A program made the translations under genes and the position numbers. Source: the human T2T-CHM13v2.0 reference genome, Homo sapiens. Taken from it: a stretch of 64,000 bases of DNA. Positions 42,013-62,439 of this stretch are shown piece by piece. Each line of letters begins with the position of its first letter. Position 1 is the first letter of the stretch. The notes below the pieces were generated by a model. It was not told the DNA's origin, did not search any database, and saw only the letters and a list, made by a program, of their open reading frames with translations. Location of the stretch: assembly GCF_009914755.1 (NCBI RefSeq), contig NC_060925.1; one strand, given 5' to 3'.

Positions 42013-43047
42013 TGAAGCTGGGGGTGGAGGGGGGCCCACTTCTCCTGGCCACTATGATTATGATTTGTCTCCCCAGCCTTCTTGCTTTTCTATTGTTTCA
42101 CCCACTAAAAATTCAGTAGGGTCAGGGGCTAGGGGAGTGGAAATGGTTGAAGATTCTGGAAGCTTCAGGAAAGAACCCCATAAAGCCAGATAGCTCATTA
42201 GGGACAGTGCCCCTGGGGAGCCCTAGCAGCTATCCGGTCCAAACCCTTCACTGCTCTGATGAGAACAGGAGGCTTGGAGCAGGCAGCTGCCGAGCTCCAT
42301 GGGCATCTGGGGGATGCTGCCCAGAGCCAAGGCTTCATCCCAGCATCTGCTCCTGGACCTGGACTGGTTCCATGTCCCCACACAAGACACCATTCTTAGG
42401 GATGGCGAGCTTGAGCTAAATTCCTATAACCAGTAGCAAGGGTGGGGTGGGGGGGTTGGGGAGGGGGTCCCGTGCTGTCCACCAATCTCAGCCAGCATCA
42501 GGTAGAAGCAGGGCCCTCACCTTTCTAGGCTTCAGGCCCCCACTGCCTCAGCAAGAGGGTCTCCACGGTGGCCAGGGCTCCAGGACCAGGCATTTTTGTG
42601 GGCAGGTCTCTGGGGAGGCTGAGGGGCCACACGGTGTCCTGGGCGTGGGGTCTGCGTCTACATACTGCTCATAGGCACCTGCCATTGGGGCAATTTGTGA
42701 TGGTTTAGGGGAAACAGGGTCTGCCTTGGATGGGCTGGTCTGGAGGCAGGGGAGCTTCCGTTCGACTTTTAGGAGGCACATTTTTACCGAAGGAAAGTAG
42801 GGTCTGCCCCTCCGGGGGAAAGGGGGCATCAGCTAGAGAAATTCAGCCACACTTGGGTCTGCTGAGGTGGAGACACCAGGGCAGGCAGGAGGATGAAGCC
42901 CACCCTTTGGTTCAGCCCTTGCTCAGTCCCATGCATCCATTAAAAAAAGCCACCTGTGTCCCTACCTGGTGTTTAAGGATAAATAAGAGTCTGCCCTGGA
43001 GATCTTGGGGAGACAAGACCGCAGCAGTCACCAGATGGCATCTTTAA

Positions 43048-43353
<306 letters not shown>

Positions 43354-43659
43354 TAGGCTGCAGTCCCCCCAGGACCGTGGCCCCTTGTCTTTAGTAAAAA
43401 TCGTAGTTGAAAGTTTTGTCCCCTTGGCCTTTACCCAGTGGCTGATGGGTGCATCCCTCACTGTGGGTAGAGACCCCCCGGGACACTGCTCCCGCAGACA
43501 GGTGTGCCTGTTTCCATTTACCAAGAGGAAATTCCCAGCACCATGTCTCCTTTCTTGCCTTAACTGGAGGAAACCTAGAGTCTGTAGTGACCAGCTCCCC
43601 TCAACCTCAGGAAGGTGGAGAATCTCCTCCCTCCTCTCAGTTTAAAGATGGAGAAACTG

Positions 43660-43960
43660 GGCCGGGCGCAGTGGCTCACGCCTGTAATCACAGCACTTTG
43701 GGAGGCCAAGGCGGGTGGATCACGAGGTTCAGGAGTTCAAGACCAGCCTGGCCAAGATGGTGAAACCCCGTCTCTACTAAAAACACAAAAAAATTAGCCG
43801 GGCATGTGGTGGGCACCTGTAATCCCAGCTACTTGGGAGGCTGAGGCAGAGAATTGCTTGAATTTGGTAGGCAGAGGTTACAGTGAGCTGAAATCGTGCC
43901 ACTGCACTCCAGCTTGGGAGATAGAGCAAGACTCCATCTCAAAAAGAAAAAAAAAAAAAG
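43660..43960 (+). mobile_element. Alu inserted in a MIR-like sequence
   Basis: Alu consensus; flanks AGATGG(A/G)(G/A)AAACTG. Confidence 0.88.
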
Positions 43961-44185
43961 AGAGATGGGAAAACTGAGGCTCCAGGAGGGGACAAGCAAC
44001 CAGGTGTGCAGAGACAGCATCAGGATGACCCCCTCGTCCCGACTCCCAGCTCCGGCTCGTTTGTCCTGGGTGTCTCGGCCAGAGCTTCCGCACCTTCCTG
44101 CACTCCCTCAGCACGCGCTGTGCTGGGTGTGGGCGCCCCATCGTGTTCACAGCAGCACCACACTGTGTCCTCAAAATGAGGGTGA

Positions 44186-44731
<546 letters not shown>

Positions 44732-44999
44732 TGACTTCCAACCGTCCACACATCTTTGCACCCACAGTATCTGCTTCAGAGAATGTATTCTAAATAATAA
44801 AAATCATAACAGGAATAACCAGCTTGATTTATGCACAAGTTGATTCATTGTAGTGTTATTCTTTTTTAAATCTATATTTATAAGAAAGACTAACCTATAT
44901 TTTCACTGTCTTATAATTCCGTCATCAAATTTTAGTATCAAAGTTACTCTGGCCTCATTAAAATGAAAGAAAGAAAAGGCTGGAAAACAGTTCCTTTTT

Positions 45000-46830
<1,831 letters not shown>

Positions 46831-48724
46831 CACAAATTCAATTATTTAAAAATATATCCAGATTTTCTTTTTCCTCTAGTTTCAGTTTTGGTGTTCTGTG
46901 TTTTTCTAGGAATGCATCTATTTCACATAAGATTTTTTATGTATCAGCCTAAGGCTGTAAGTGGTACAAGGATAATTACTAGCTTTGATGCAGCTTGGGC
47001 AGGGTGGGGACGGCCTCTGTCTCATTCCCGACGTGGCTGCCTTGTGCCTCCTTTCTTTTTCCCCATTGGTCTCATTGGAGTTTTATCAATTTTAATAACC
47101 TTCTCTTAGAATCAGCTTTAGATTTTGTTGATTTTTCTCTAGTGTCTGCTTCCTTCTTTCTCTGCATTCTTTTGAAACTGGTAAAGTTTTGATGAAAATT
47201 ATGGACATGAGTCACAAAATGTTGGTGATTTGGTGCAGGGCACAGAGGTGTTGGGGGGTCATATGACTGAATGGAGACACAAGGGGGCTTGCCAGTCCCA
47301 GCTCCTGGGGGTCCATGATATTCATTTTGTTTACTCCTGCAACTCTACCTGTACATTATTATAGATTTCACTGCTTCAAGAGTGTTCCTACCCTTTAACC
47401 AAGTAATTTCATTTCTGAGAAATAGGCTGAGCATATCATTAGCCAAGAGTCAGGCAGATATGCTGTTGTTATTCATGCAGGCAGCAGGGAGGGGATTTAC
47501 CAGGTCATGCGTATGAACCATCCAAGGGAAGGGCTGCAGGCTTGGCTGCCTCCAGGAGCTCCAAGGGGCTCATCAGGCTTTTCTTTATCTCCTCTCTGCC
47601 TTCGTCTGGGCTGTCATAGATAAACTCTTCTCATTTGGTGGCAAGAGAGCCACCTGCAGCAACAAGTTTGCAGCTGGCATTGTGTGAACTCGGCAGCTCT
47701 AACAGGAAATCGGATCTCCCTTCCAGCAGTCCTTGCACTATTTTGAGACGTGCAAGTGTCTCGGGACCATGGCTTGGGTGATGAAATGTGATTTCTGCAC
47801 TTTTTTTTCCCTTTAACTTTGTATTTCAGGCATAAAGTGGTAAGAATCCATACTACAAAGATTCCCATGTACTTTTCCATTCCCCAAATGTTAAATGTGG
47901 CCACGTTTGCTTTATCCTTCTCTCCTCTCTCTCCCCCTTGCTCCTCTCTCCCTCTCTCCCTTCCTATATCATAAATTTTCACACCTATCTTTATTCCTTT
48001 TCTTCTACTTTCTGCGGGATTAATTTTAGTTCTTTTTCTGAACTCTTGAGATAGATACTTGGGTCATGATTTTCCATTTCCCTCCTGGTATATGCATTTT
48101 AAGGCTATAAATTTGCCATTAATCACAACTTTAACTGCGTCCCACGAGCTTTGATGTGTCCGGATGTTCATTATCAGTTTAAAATGTTTCTAGCTTTCCT
48201 TGTGATTTCTTTTTTGACCCATTGGCTACACAGAAGCCTATCACTTACTTTCCAAACATTTAGGGGACTTTCTAGTTATCTTTCCTTCCAGAATATTCTG
48301 TTGGGATCATTTTCCTTCCACCTGAAGAACTCCCTTTAGTATTTCTCTAAGTTCAGATCTGCTGGTCACAGATTCTTTCAATTTCTGTTTGCCTGAAAAC
48401 ATCTTTATTTTTGTCTTTAATTTTGAAGAATTGAGGGAGTTGAGATTCTGAGAACAAAAGTTTGAGGAGCTCCCCGACAGGCCCCTAGGGAAGCTTGGAG
48501 GGTGTTGCCGGTTAAGTGTCGGGGCTGCAAAGAAGACTGGTGTCCTGTGGTATAGTGGGGTGCAGGGACACACCACGGGCCAGGTCCGAAAGGGAAGCTG
48601 CCTTGCAACTCCTCGGACGAGGATTTAGGATCTGTTCTTAGGATGGGTGCAGAGGCGCTGGAGGTGCCAGGCATGGCTGCAGTAAAGAGCTGGCACATCT
48701 TGATCTCCAGATGTGTAGTGCTAG

Positions 48725-49267
<543 letters not shown>

Positions 49268-50126
49268 TGAATGGAGGCGCAAAATGACAAATGAGAGCCG
49301 TGAGCCGATGTCTAGGCACCTGCACCTGGCTTCTGACTTGCTTTCTGAATGGGGCAAGGCACAACGCTGTCGGGGCTCAGGGTCCTTATCCATAAAATGA
49401 GGGCTGAGCTCACCTGTGAAATCCTGGGGCATGGAGGCCACCCTGCAGGCGGATTCCCCGGGCCTGGCTCTGTGCATCATCTGCAGTGGTAGCTTGTATT
49501 ACCCTGCCCTGGCCAGGAATCCCTTCTCCCCACTCTCTGGCTGTGAAGCCCCCTGCGAGGTTGGGCATGGGGTTGGGGTGGGGGTGGGGTAGAGGTGGGG
49601 ATGCAGGTGGGGATGCTACCCCACCTCTAGGTGTGGGCAGAGGACTGGACGAGGCAGGTCTGTGTTGTGCCCAGGGGCGGTCACCTGATCTTCCTAAGAT
49701 TTCTTTCACACCTGAGGAGACAGCCTGAGTTTATGCTGGGGGCCAGAGATGAAGCAGGAACCAGGGGGAAGGCCCCTGACCATGCCAACTGCCCTAAATG
49801 CCTCAAGGGAAGGCTGCCTAGACACACAGGGCGGGGGCAGGGAAAGGTGGCCAGCCGGCGGCTTCCACTCTCTGTCCTCCCCAGGCTGCTGGGTGGGTGT
49901 CTGAGGGTGGGCCACCCAGGCAATGACATGCACAGTGGGCGTGTGTAAGGCTGGCTGGCCTTGTCCTTTACTGCAAGGCCACTTGCTGGGGGCTGCTCTG
50001 GGGGTGCCTAGAGCCCCACTGCCCCCCAGAACTGCCCATCCGCAGGTTCCTGTGCCCTCCACTGCCACAGCACCCACATCCCCCAGCCCCTTGGCAGGAG
50101 GATGCAGGTCCCCTCCCCAGACATGA

Positions 50127-50381
<255 letters not shown>

Positions 50382-50557
50382 TAAGAGGCCCAGGCCCCAA
50401 GTGTCCCTGCTGCAGCCCTGACCTGGGGTGCCCCACTCCAGGGGAGCAGGTGAGGTGGGTGGGTCGTTAGCCCCCTTGAAGGCACAGGTCAGGTGCAGTC
50501 TACTGACAGAGGGAGGACCCGTGACAGAGGCCACAGTGCCTGGGCCACTGTTGGTGA

Positions 50558-51469
<912 letters not shown>

Positions 51470-52528
51470 TGAGCATGGGCCCCAGGCTTCATTAACCCCC
51501 GGCAGCTCGGGGCAGGCGCTGCCCGTCCCATCTACTGATGGAGACTTTGAGCCTGGGGTGTCCAGGCAGCTGGCCCAGGGTTGTGCGGCTGATAGCGGCC
51601 CCGCTAGGATTCCCCAAGGTGTGTGGGAGGCTGGAGCCCATGTGCCCAGCCACAGCTCTGCCCTGTCCCTGGGCTGGAAGCAAGTGTCCCTGTCTCCTGA
51701 GCCGCTGTGCTCTTGGCCACTCCTCAAGCATCTCCTGGCCCCTGAGTCCTGGGGGTAAGAACGCCCTATCCGTGCTTAGAGAGACTGCTACTCCACTGAG
51801 CCCACTCTTGTCGTTTTTGTTAAGCGTTTTAGGTTTTTACTCTTATCAAAGTTATTCATGCACATCGCTTAAAGAATCAAATAGTTCCACGAGGCCTGTC
51901 ATGAAAACCAGGAGCCTCTGACCTCCTCCCTCTCATTCGCCCTCTCCTAAGGCATCATTTTAAATTCTTCCAGCACGTTCTTTATGAATCTATCTCCAAA
52001 TCTCTAAATAGCATGCTCATAGTGGCCATTCTAGATTGTTCTCCATCTTAACATTATTTAATGCTTCCTTTTTTTTCCTCCCTTGCCACCGCCCCCCAAC
52101 ACACACAAGGGCAGCCTTTCCATCCACCCTCCTCCTCGTATCATTCTATCACAATCAATGTTGCACTGACATCATTAGGACAGTTATTTGTCTCACACAC
52201 ATACATAAATAAAATAAGTTTTACAGAACAGTACTAAGATTCATAAACCACAACTTTAAAACTGCTGCATCCCACACCTTTTGCTTTCTTGCCCTCTTCA
52301 CTTATTTTTGGTGGAGCACATCCTCCAGTAGTTTTATCAAAAAGGATAAATGAGGCTGAGCACGATGGCTCACACCTGTAATCCCAGCACTTTGGGAGGC
52401 TGAGGCAGGTGGATCACCTCAGGTCAGGAGTTCAAGACCCGCCTGACCAATATGGTGAAACCCCAGCTCTACTAAAAATACAAAAATTAACCGGTGTGAT
52501 GGTGGATGCCTGTAATCCCAGCTACTCA

Positions 52529-52633
<105 letters not shown>

Positions 52634-54015
52634 TCAAAAAAAAAAAAAAAACGATGAACAGGGGTAAAGTTTTGGGGACAGGATATGTTGGCAAATGTCC
52701 TTACTCTATACCCTCGTAACATCTGGGTTGGATATAGCATTCCTGTTTGAAAACCATTTTCCTTCAGCATCACAGAGGCCTTCCTCTGTTGTCTTCCAGG
52801 TTGGCCGATGATAAGTCCAAAGTCGTTCATGGTTCCTTCTGGGTTGGTTGTTCCTCTCTGGAAAGTTGTAAGATCCTATCTTTGTCCCAGGTGATCTGAA
52901 ACCTCCCAGAGTTGTGCTTTATTGAGGGTGTGTTTTCATCTGTTGTATTGGGCACTCAGTGGCCATCTGGAAACTCATGTCCTTTAGTTCTGGAATTTTC
53001 TTTGGTTTTATTGTTTTTTTATGGCCTTCTCTCACACTATTGGACCTCCTGTCCCGCTCTTGTTTTATCTGTTATCTCAACCTTTTTGTCTCTTTGTCTC
53101 TTACAGATACTTTCTAGAAGATTTCCTTAACTTTATCAACAGCTCTTTTCATTTTGTTATAATATTTTACTCTGATGTTCTCTGAGTGTTCCATTTTTCT
53201 TTTTTTGAAGCGCACTCTTGTTTGGCTTCACAATTGCAGTATTTTCCCTTGATGACAGCGTTCATCATACTGTTAGTTTTCTAACTTCTTGCACCACTTC
53301 TATTTCCTACAAGTTTGCTTTTGGTGTCTGTCATTCATCTGAGAGCTTTGCTCCAATGTTCGAGTTGACTGGACTCTGAGCACACAGGTGACCACTCTGT
53401 GCTCCCTGGCAGAGCAGTGTGCTTTGCTTTGGCATTTTAATGGAGAGTTTCTTTTCTTTTCTTTTCTCCTTTTTTTTTTTTTCTGAGATGGGTTCTCACT
53501 CTGTCACCCAGGCTGGAGTTCAGTGGTGTGATCACAGCTCACTGCAGCCTCAGCCTCTCCAGAGTCGGGTGATCCTCTCGCCTCAGCCTCCTGAGGAGCT
53601 GGGACCACAGGTGCACACCACCACACCCAACCAATGTTCTTATTTTTTGTAGAGATAGGATCTATGTTACCCACGCTTCTCTCAAATTCCCGACCTCAAG
53701 TGATCCACCCACCTCAGCCTTCTAAAGTGCTGGGATTACAGGTGTGAGCCACTGCACGTGGCCTAGGGCTCTTCATTTCTGAAATAACATTCCACCAATC
53801 ATCCTCATTTTAGCCTCCATGTTTAGAAGAACCCAGACCAACAATGTCTGAGACTTTTAGGAACTCAAGTGTGAATTGGGCTTATTTTCTGCTTTTCCTA
53901 CTGCCGGCTATTTGGCTTTCTTGGATCTGGGATGTCAGATACCACTCAGCCACCTTCAAACTCTCCAAAATATTTTTAGTCCTTTTTCTTCTTCTCTTCT
54001 CCCTGCCTTCAATAG

Positions 54016-54673
<658 letters not shown>

Positions 54674-54797
54674 TGATCCGCCCACCGCAGCTTCCCAAAG
54701 TGCTGGGATTACAGGCGTGAGCCCCTGCACCTGGCCGCCGGCCATCTTTTAGGAAAAAGTGGATGGGTGCCACACATACTCAGGTTGGGCGAAATGA

Positions 54798-55214
<417 letters not shown>

Positions 55215-55647
55215 TAGAGGACGGAGTGAGAGTGCAACAGAGTAGCCCGGAAATGTTCGTCAATGGCAGTGGTGGGCGGAGCCCCATGGGCAGGGCTGCG
55301 GGTCTTGGGTTGCATTGTGAAGGGGTTGGATCACTGGCTGGAAAGGAGGAGGGCGCCTGGATAGGGAGGCATGGTGTTGCCCCCCTCATCTCTGAGTCAT
55401 AGCGTGCTTGCTGGACCAGGCACCATTCTAAGTACCTTCTTGGTATCAAAGTCATGTAGCTCCTTTAACCAGACTGCGAAGTAGTTATCATGATCCTCAC
55501 TTAGTAGACAAATAGGAAAGGATGAACAGTCCCCCTGGACAGCAGACCTGCTTTGCGGTGGTGCTGGGATTTGGCAGTCTCAACTGCAGGGCTCCACTGG
55601 GGTGTCATATGAAACGTGAGCAAGGCCAGAGTGTGCCCTGCTTGTGA

Positions 55648-55878
<231 letters not shown>

Positions 55879-57347
55879 TAGAGACGGTCTCACTATGCTG
55901 TCCAGGCTGGTCTTGAACTCCTGGGCTCCAGCAATCTGCCTGCCTTGGCCTCCCGAAGTGTTGGGAATACAGGTGTGAGCTACCGTGACTGGCCCTGACC
56001 TTGATTTAGAATCCAAAATTAAGCAAAGGTCAAGGTCATGTATGGAGGCTTTTGAAGTCAGGTTCCCACCAGAAATGCCAACTGCAACTCAACTGCGTCC
56101 TCTTTCCTGCTTGAGTCCACCTCCTTCCGGCTGGGTCAGACTGAGGCACCCACCCCTGGTATCCCTTGATAAAACAGTTTGGGATCCAGCCGTAGTCCTG
56201 GTGAAAGCGTTAGACCAGAGGCGGTCTAGGTGTGTCCATTTGTGCGCCAGCCTGCACTGACCTGGTGGAGCCTGGAAAGCTGAGCTGAGAAATATTGTGA
56301 AGCTAAGTCCGGGTGAGCAGGAACTAGCGCCAAGCCTGATGGTGAGGCCCCACGGGTGTGGGGAAGTGAGGCTGGACACCCCGGGTAGCTGCCAACCTCT
56401 ACCCTGGGGAGGGACCCCCAGTACAGAGGCCCAGCCCCTTGTGACCTCACGACCTCCAGCACCTGGCACGGTGTTTGTACAAAGTTGGGCGCTCAATAAA
56501 TACTGGAAAGAAGGAAAGGATTCCACTCCTCACACAGGCCAGGGGCCCATGACATTCCTGCTGTCACTTAAACCTGTCCGAGCGGCAGTGTGGACATGCT
56601 TCCACTCGGAGGCAAGGCTGAGCCTCTCGGGCCCAGCTCCTGTGGGGCACCTCTGCGTCGTCAGGGTTTCTGGACGAGGAACTCGTGCTGAGCGTGCCGC
56701 ATAACTCAAGGGGTTCCTGTCTGAGGCTCCTGGGGTGCAGATTGGAGGGGTTTCCTCTGCAGCTTCCTGGGAGGCACGATTAGCTACCTCTGGGGAGGCG
56801 GCTGCGGGTGTACAGGCAGACAAGGATCTTCATGGCAGCAGAAGACGAGAACGCCTTCTGGGTCTGTGCGCGGGGGCCAGGTTCAACGCTGCTGTCCATG
56901 GCACAGACACCTCCTAGTCAGCATGGAAAGGAGGAAGCACCAGCAGCGCACTGTTAAATGCCTAAAGTGAGAGTGTCCCCAAGGGCCAGGAAGTCCGCTC
57001 ACTGCAGCTCCCCTGGGCAGTGGAGGATGGTCCAGGGGTTACGTGCGGCTTCTGTACTATTTTGGTTTGTTGGTTTAAAAATATATATATATGTGTGTGT
57101 AGGTTTTACTTTCCAATTAGAAAAGCCCACCTGGTGTAGGAGAGTCTTTGGGCTTTGGGGCTGGGCCGCACAGGGTCAGGGGTTGGATCCGGCACCTCCT
57201 AGCTCTCAGACAATCCACATTGACTTCTCTGACACCTGTTTCCAGTTTCTAAAGCCATGAAAAGTGAGGGTGAGCTGTTCCTTCCTGGTACATAAAAAAT
57301 AAGGTGGTGGGGGGTGCAGCCCACTGGCCAGGTGCCTTCTTGGGTAA

Positions 57348-57494
<147 letters not shown>

Positions 57495-58996
57495 TAAGCT
57501 CAGCTGCCTCTATCCGGGCCCCAGACCCCCAGGCCAGAGCTGTGGTAGGGGGTTGTGGGGGGCCTAGATTCCAGGGACTCTGTTCTCATCCTACCTGTGT
57601 CACCTATTCACTTGGACCCCAGGACCCTCCTTTCTCTCAGCTCAGGCAGAGGGGATCAAATCATCCTAAGGCAGGTGGGGGCATGGCACGGGAGTCTTAG
57701 CTACTCTCAGCAAAACGGGGGACGGGCATCAGAGACCAGCAGTAACTGCCACAACCCATCCTGAGCGCTGTGGAGAGGGGACAAGCCGCTCAGGGCACGA
57801 AGATTCTCCCACAGCAGGAGCCCAGCCCCGGCTTTGTCCAGCTTGGTCCCCTCCGCTGGTATCACCACCCACTGATCCAGGGCCCTGGTGCAGACCCCTC
57901 CCACCCCGGCCACAGCCTCCTGGGCTCCTTCCTGACCAGGGGTCCCCAAGCAAGGGCCTCGGAGAAGTAGAGGGGTGTAGGAGAATTCAGGCCTTGGGGT
58001 CACTGGGCATGAGGGGGTCACCACCCACCAGCTGGGGGCCACACACTCACTTTTCTGAGCCATAGATGCCTCCCTCTGTGATGGACAGCGCATGCTCACC
58101 TGCAAGGTGTCGTAAGACTCAGAGCTCTGGGAGCCGGGCACCGGCTATGGCTCTGTGTGGGGCTGTGTACTACGAAGGGGTCACCTCTCACCAGGAGCTG
58201 CTTTTGTTCCCAAGACCCACACTTCACCCTCTGGGGCTGCCCTTGAACCCCAGTGTGTGCCCCTGACCTTCCAGCACCCACGTTCCTGGGGCCTGGTTCC
58301 CTTCCTCTGCAGAGTGGGGGGCCCTGGACAGTGCCTCTCCTGCAGAGCTGTAATGTGGAGAGAGGTCTCTGCGGCCTTGGTACTGTTGTCTGGGGGAGGG
58401 GAGGAGGAAGGGGAGAGAAAGGAAGAGAAGAGGGAAGACAGAGGATGGAGGGAGTTATTCCCACCGCACAGTAGCCAGGGAAGAGCACCTTTGCTTGCTT
58501 GCCATAGCCTGACATGAACCAGCAACGGCCCAGAGAGGAGAATGGAAGAGAGGTGGGGACAACATTCCCTCTGTACAGGACAGAAGGGACTTGAGGGACA
58601 GATGTGACGACCTCAAAGATCTCTAGGAGTCTGGGGCTCCTCACAACTCTAAGAGGGCTGAAGAGGGGGCTTAGTGCAGGCTTCTGCGGGCTGGTGGTGT
58701 GCACCTGCCCCCGGCTCCGCATTCTGTGACTTCACTTCCGTGGCTGAAAATCAGCCACTGTGGGAATATTACCACCACAGAAACTGGCAACGCCACAAAG
58801 CCGAGGGTTGTTTGTTTTTTCTCCCCCTGGAGAGCCGGTTGTAAGTATTCACCAGCACACCCCTGCTGCAGCAAGCCTCTCTGGAGGAGGAGGAGAGGGT
58901 GGCGTCCCGGGCAGCTGGCACGGACTGTGCAGACCGGCCTCAAGGCCAAGGTGAGGAACTGGGAAGGCCACCTCGACGGCTGTGTTTCTTGTGTAG

Positions 58997-59119
<123 letters not shown>

Positions 59120-59589
59120 GCCCAGCCAGGCCCCCAAATACGGTCAGCCCAGCAGAGGCCGGGGCCCAGCTCCAGAACCACCCGCCCCCACCATGCGTCC
59201 TGCTCTCAGACTCAGAATTAAACCCCGGTGTTGGCACTGTCCCACCTTTTTCTTCTCTGGGATCCACGCGGGGGCCTACTCTCCTCTGCGACCTTGAGCT
59301 ACAAGGACACTCCCCATTCCAAAGCTCACTCACAGGGAGTCAGCACACCAGCCTGTGCCCCTAGCTCCTAACAGGTCCCCTTGCGGCACCAGGCTGCCAG
59401 AGGCCTGAGCCGGGGTGTCCGCCCAGCACTCAGCACAGACCTCACGCCTGAGCAGAAGGGGTCTGTGACCTTCTGCCCTGGGGGCTCTCCTGGCTGGGGC
59501 ACTCTCTTGCTGGAGGACCCCTCTGGAAGATGGTGAGGGTGGGGGGCTCTGTTCCCATCCCCCCGCTCCTGGAAGGAAAGCTTTACGCA

Positions 59590-60760
59590 CGGGAACGGTG
59601 TCTGTGGTCCCCGACGCTTCCCCGGCGCCTCTGAGGCTCTGGGCGCCTGAACACCTTCGGAAGGGACTCTCCCCATCACCCTTCTCTGCTCCCCACCCAC
59701 ACCTGCTTCCCTTCCCGCCGCGAGCACCGAGCGTGGGCCACGTGCGGGCGCCACGCCCCTCAAGCCCCGGAGGAGGACGGTCCCCGCGGCCGGGTCCCCG
59801 AACCCAGCATTCAGGCCCAGACGCGCCCAGAGCCTCCCGCAGTCTCGTCGGCGCTGCAGCCGGGTCCCCGCGGGGCTGGGAGGCTCGTGGCGTCGGAGGG
59901 GCTCCAGCAGGGGTGAAGGAGGTCGGGGACCCTGGAGGCCCCAAGGGCGAGCCGTCTGGGGGCAGAAAGTGCAGCCCTCTGCAGACCCTGCCCGGCCCCC
60001 CTGCACCTCCTGGCCCCGGGGCTGGGCGGCCTAGAGCCCCGGCCCCTTCCGGACGAGGCGTCTCCCGGCCCCACTCGCCCCGCCCCCAGCCCCTTCTGGA
60101 CCAGGCGCCTCCCCGCTGCGGCCCTAGCCCTTCCCCGCATGGCCCCGCCCCCCTCTCGCCCCGCCCCCTCTCGCCCCGCCCCCGGCCCCTTCTGGACCAG
60201 GCGCCTCCCCGCTACTGGCCCCAGACCTTCCCCGCATGGCCCCGCCCACCACTCTAGCCCCGCCACCTTCCGGACCAGACACCTCCCCGCTGCTGGCTCC
60301 AGCCCTTCCCCGCGTGGCCCCGCCCCCGCCCTCGCCCCCTGCCCAGGCCCGGCCCCTGCGGAGCCCAGAGACGCGGGGACACAGGTGAGGCGCGCGGGGT
60401 CCGGGCTGCGGCTTCCCGGTGCGGCCGCAGTGGGCAGGTGCGACTGTGCGCGGCCTCGCTGGCTGAGAACTGGCGGGGGTGGGGGCGTGCCCTGGACTGA
60501 CCCCCACCGGCCTAACCCGCGGTGCGGGGCCAGGGCCGGAACTGCCCGCCCGGCTCCTTGCCCGGCTCCTTGTGGCTGCTGGGGACCCCCGACACCAGCC
60601 ACTTTCCCTTCCCGGCCCTTAGCAAGATCGGCTTCTCCGGTCACCTTTATTTTTTTAGGCTCGAGGCGTCTGCCGCACCTCAGCCCACGACCTGCCCCGC
60701 TGGGAGGTGCGGGCCGCTGGCCAGGCCCTGACCGCAACCTGGCCCAGAGGCCCCAGCCCT
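59590..60760. promoter_or_regulatory. SMIM1: SMIM1 CpG island and promoter, with non-coding exon 1 (ends 60384) and exon 2 (60659-60777)
   Basis: CpG-rich with multiple CCCCGCCC boxes; splice signals acag|gtgagg, ttttttag|gc and cgg|gtaagt. Confidence 0.8.
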
Positions 60761-62439
60761 CAGGCAAGGTTCTCCGGGTAAGTGTGGGGCCCTGAGGCGC
60801 TGTGGGGTGAAGAGGTCTATGGAGGGGCGCCTGTGTACCTAGGGCCTTCCTGCACTCACAAGCCCCCAGGAGGTGCCAGGATCCGGGAGCCTCCCAGGGC
60901 CTGGAGGGGAGTCCCTGATGGGTTCCTGCCGCCACACCTGTGACCATCACATGAGTGTGGAGAGACGTTTACTGAGCAAGTGAGGGAGGCCAGCCTCAAG
61001 GGCCGGCTCTGGTGGCTGTGCACCGGGGTGACTTGGGAACAACGTGTTCTACGTCAGCAAGACAGGAACCCATGATCCCAGAGTTGAACACACTGGGCTT
61101 GACCCCTCCCACCGGGAGGCCCATGGTGGGCTGCTGCTGTGGACTTGGAGCCTCAGCACTCCCGAGACTAATGCTGCGTGGATGTCGGGTTGCAAGGCGG
61201 CTGCTGCAGCTCCAGCAGCTCCAGCCATCACGTCGAGTCTGGAAGAAGGAGGTGGCTGCTGCTGCTTTCACAGAAGCAAACTCTCCCATCCCCTGCTGCA
61301 CCCTGGCTCCTGGACCCCAGCTGGGTGACTTGGGAAAGCAGGGGTGGTGGTATTAAGCTTGTCTTACCCGGGTCATGGCTGTTACCTGGGGCTGGCACAT
61401 TGCTGCTGGGACCAGAATGGGATTCTGCACACCAGGCAAGAGGGCGTGAACCTCGGGTAGGCAGCTGACCGCTCCACATGCTCCGGGAAAACAGCACCCA
61501 TACTCCAGTAGAGGCTGGGCCTCTCCGGGCCTGAGTGCCAGGCTGCACTGAGCCAGGGCTCCCACCGAAGGCACACTTTATGGCTTTGAGACAGCTCCTT
61601 CTGCCTCTCTGGGCTTTGGGGGAAGGCAGACATGGAAGTGCCGGGAGTCTCAGAACTGCCTGGGGCCTGAGTTTCTGAGCTGGCTTCTTGCAGGGGAGTG
61701 GCTGCTGTGCCTTTAGGCCTCTGTGCCGATGACCTGGGAGGAAGGTCAGCCTTCCCCGCTGGAGGGGGCCCAGCAAAGCCTCAGCTCCTAGAAGTGAGGG
61801 GCCTGCCATTGCCTGCCCGAGGACCCCACTCCTGGGGGCCAGATGCTGAGAGGGGACACTGGGGGCCCAGCAGACCAGAGAGCTGACCCCAGTCCCACAG
61901 CCTGGGTGGGTTGTCAACTTCTCGTGCCCCCTCCAACTCCTCCACCCCCACACCCCCTTAGGTAAATAGGAGGTCGAAACAGAGGCCAGAGGGTAAAGGA
62001 GGTGCTTAGAGTCCGGGCTGGCTCAGGCCGGCCGGGCAGCTGTGCTAGTGCTTGGAGTTCCTGCTCAGTCCCCGTGGTCTCCTCGCCCCTCTGGGCACTT
62101 GGGCTGCCAGGCACCGAGCTGAGTGCCGAGATGCAAAGATGAGTCCCAGGTCTGCAGGAGTTGGAGCCCAGCAGGGAGCTGGCCTTGGGGCCGGGCCCCT
62201 CCTGCTCTGGGCAGCCACCCAGCCCTACGACCCTCCTGTCTCTGTAGGGCCTCCCCAAGGCCTTGAATCCACCCCGTGCTCAGTGCATCGTGCCCCCCAA
62301 GCCCCAGCCCTCCTAGAGGTGTGGGTGGGGGAGGGGCTGCAACCCACACAGGCTGAGGACACAGCTGCTGCCACTGCCTGGGGCCAGCCACGCATCCTCC
62401 CCAGACAGGGACCGGTCTAGCTGTACCAGCCGCTGCCCC

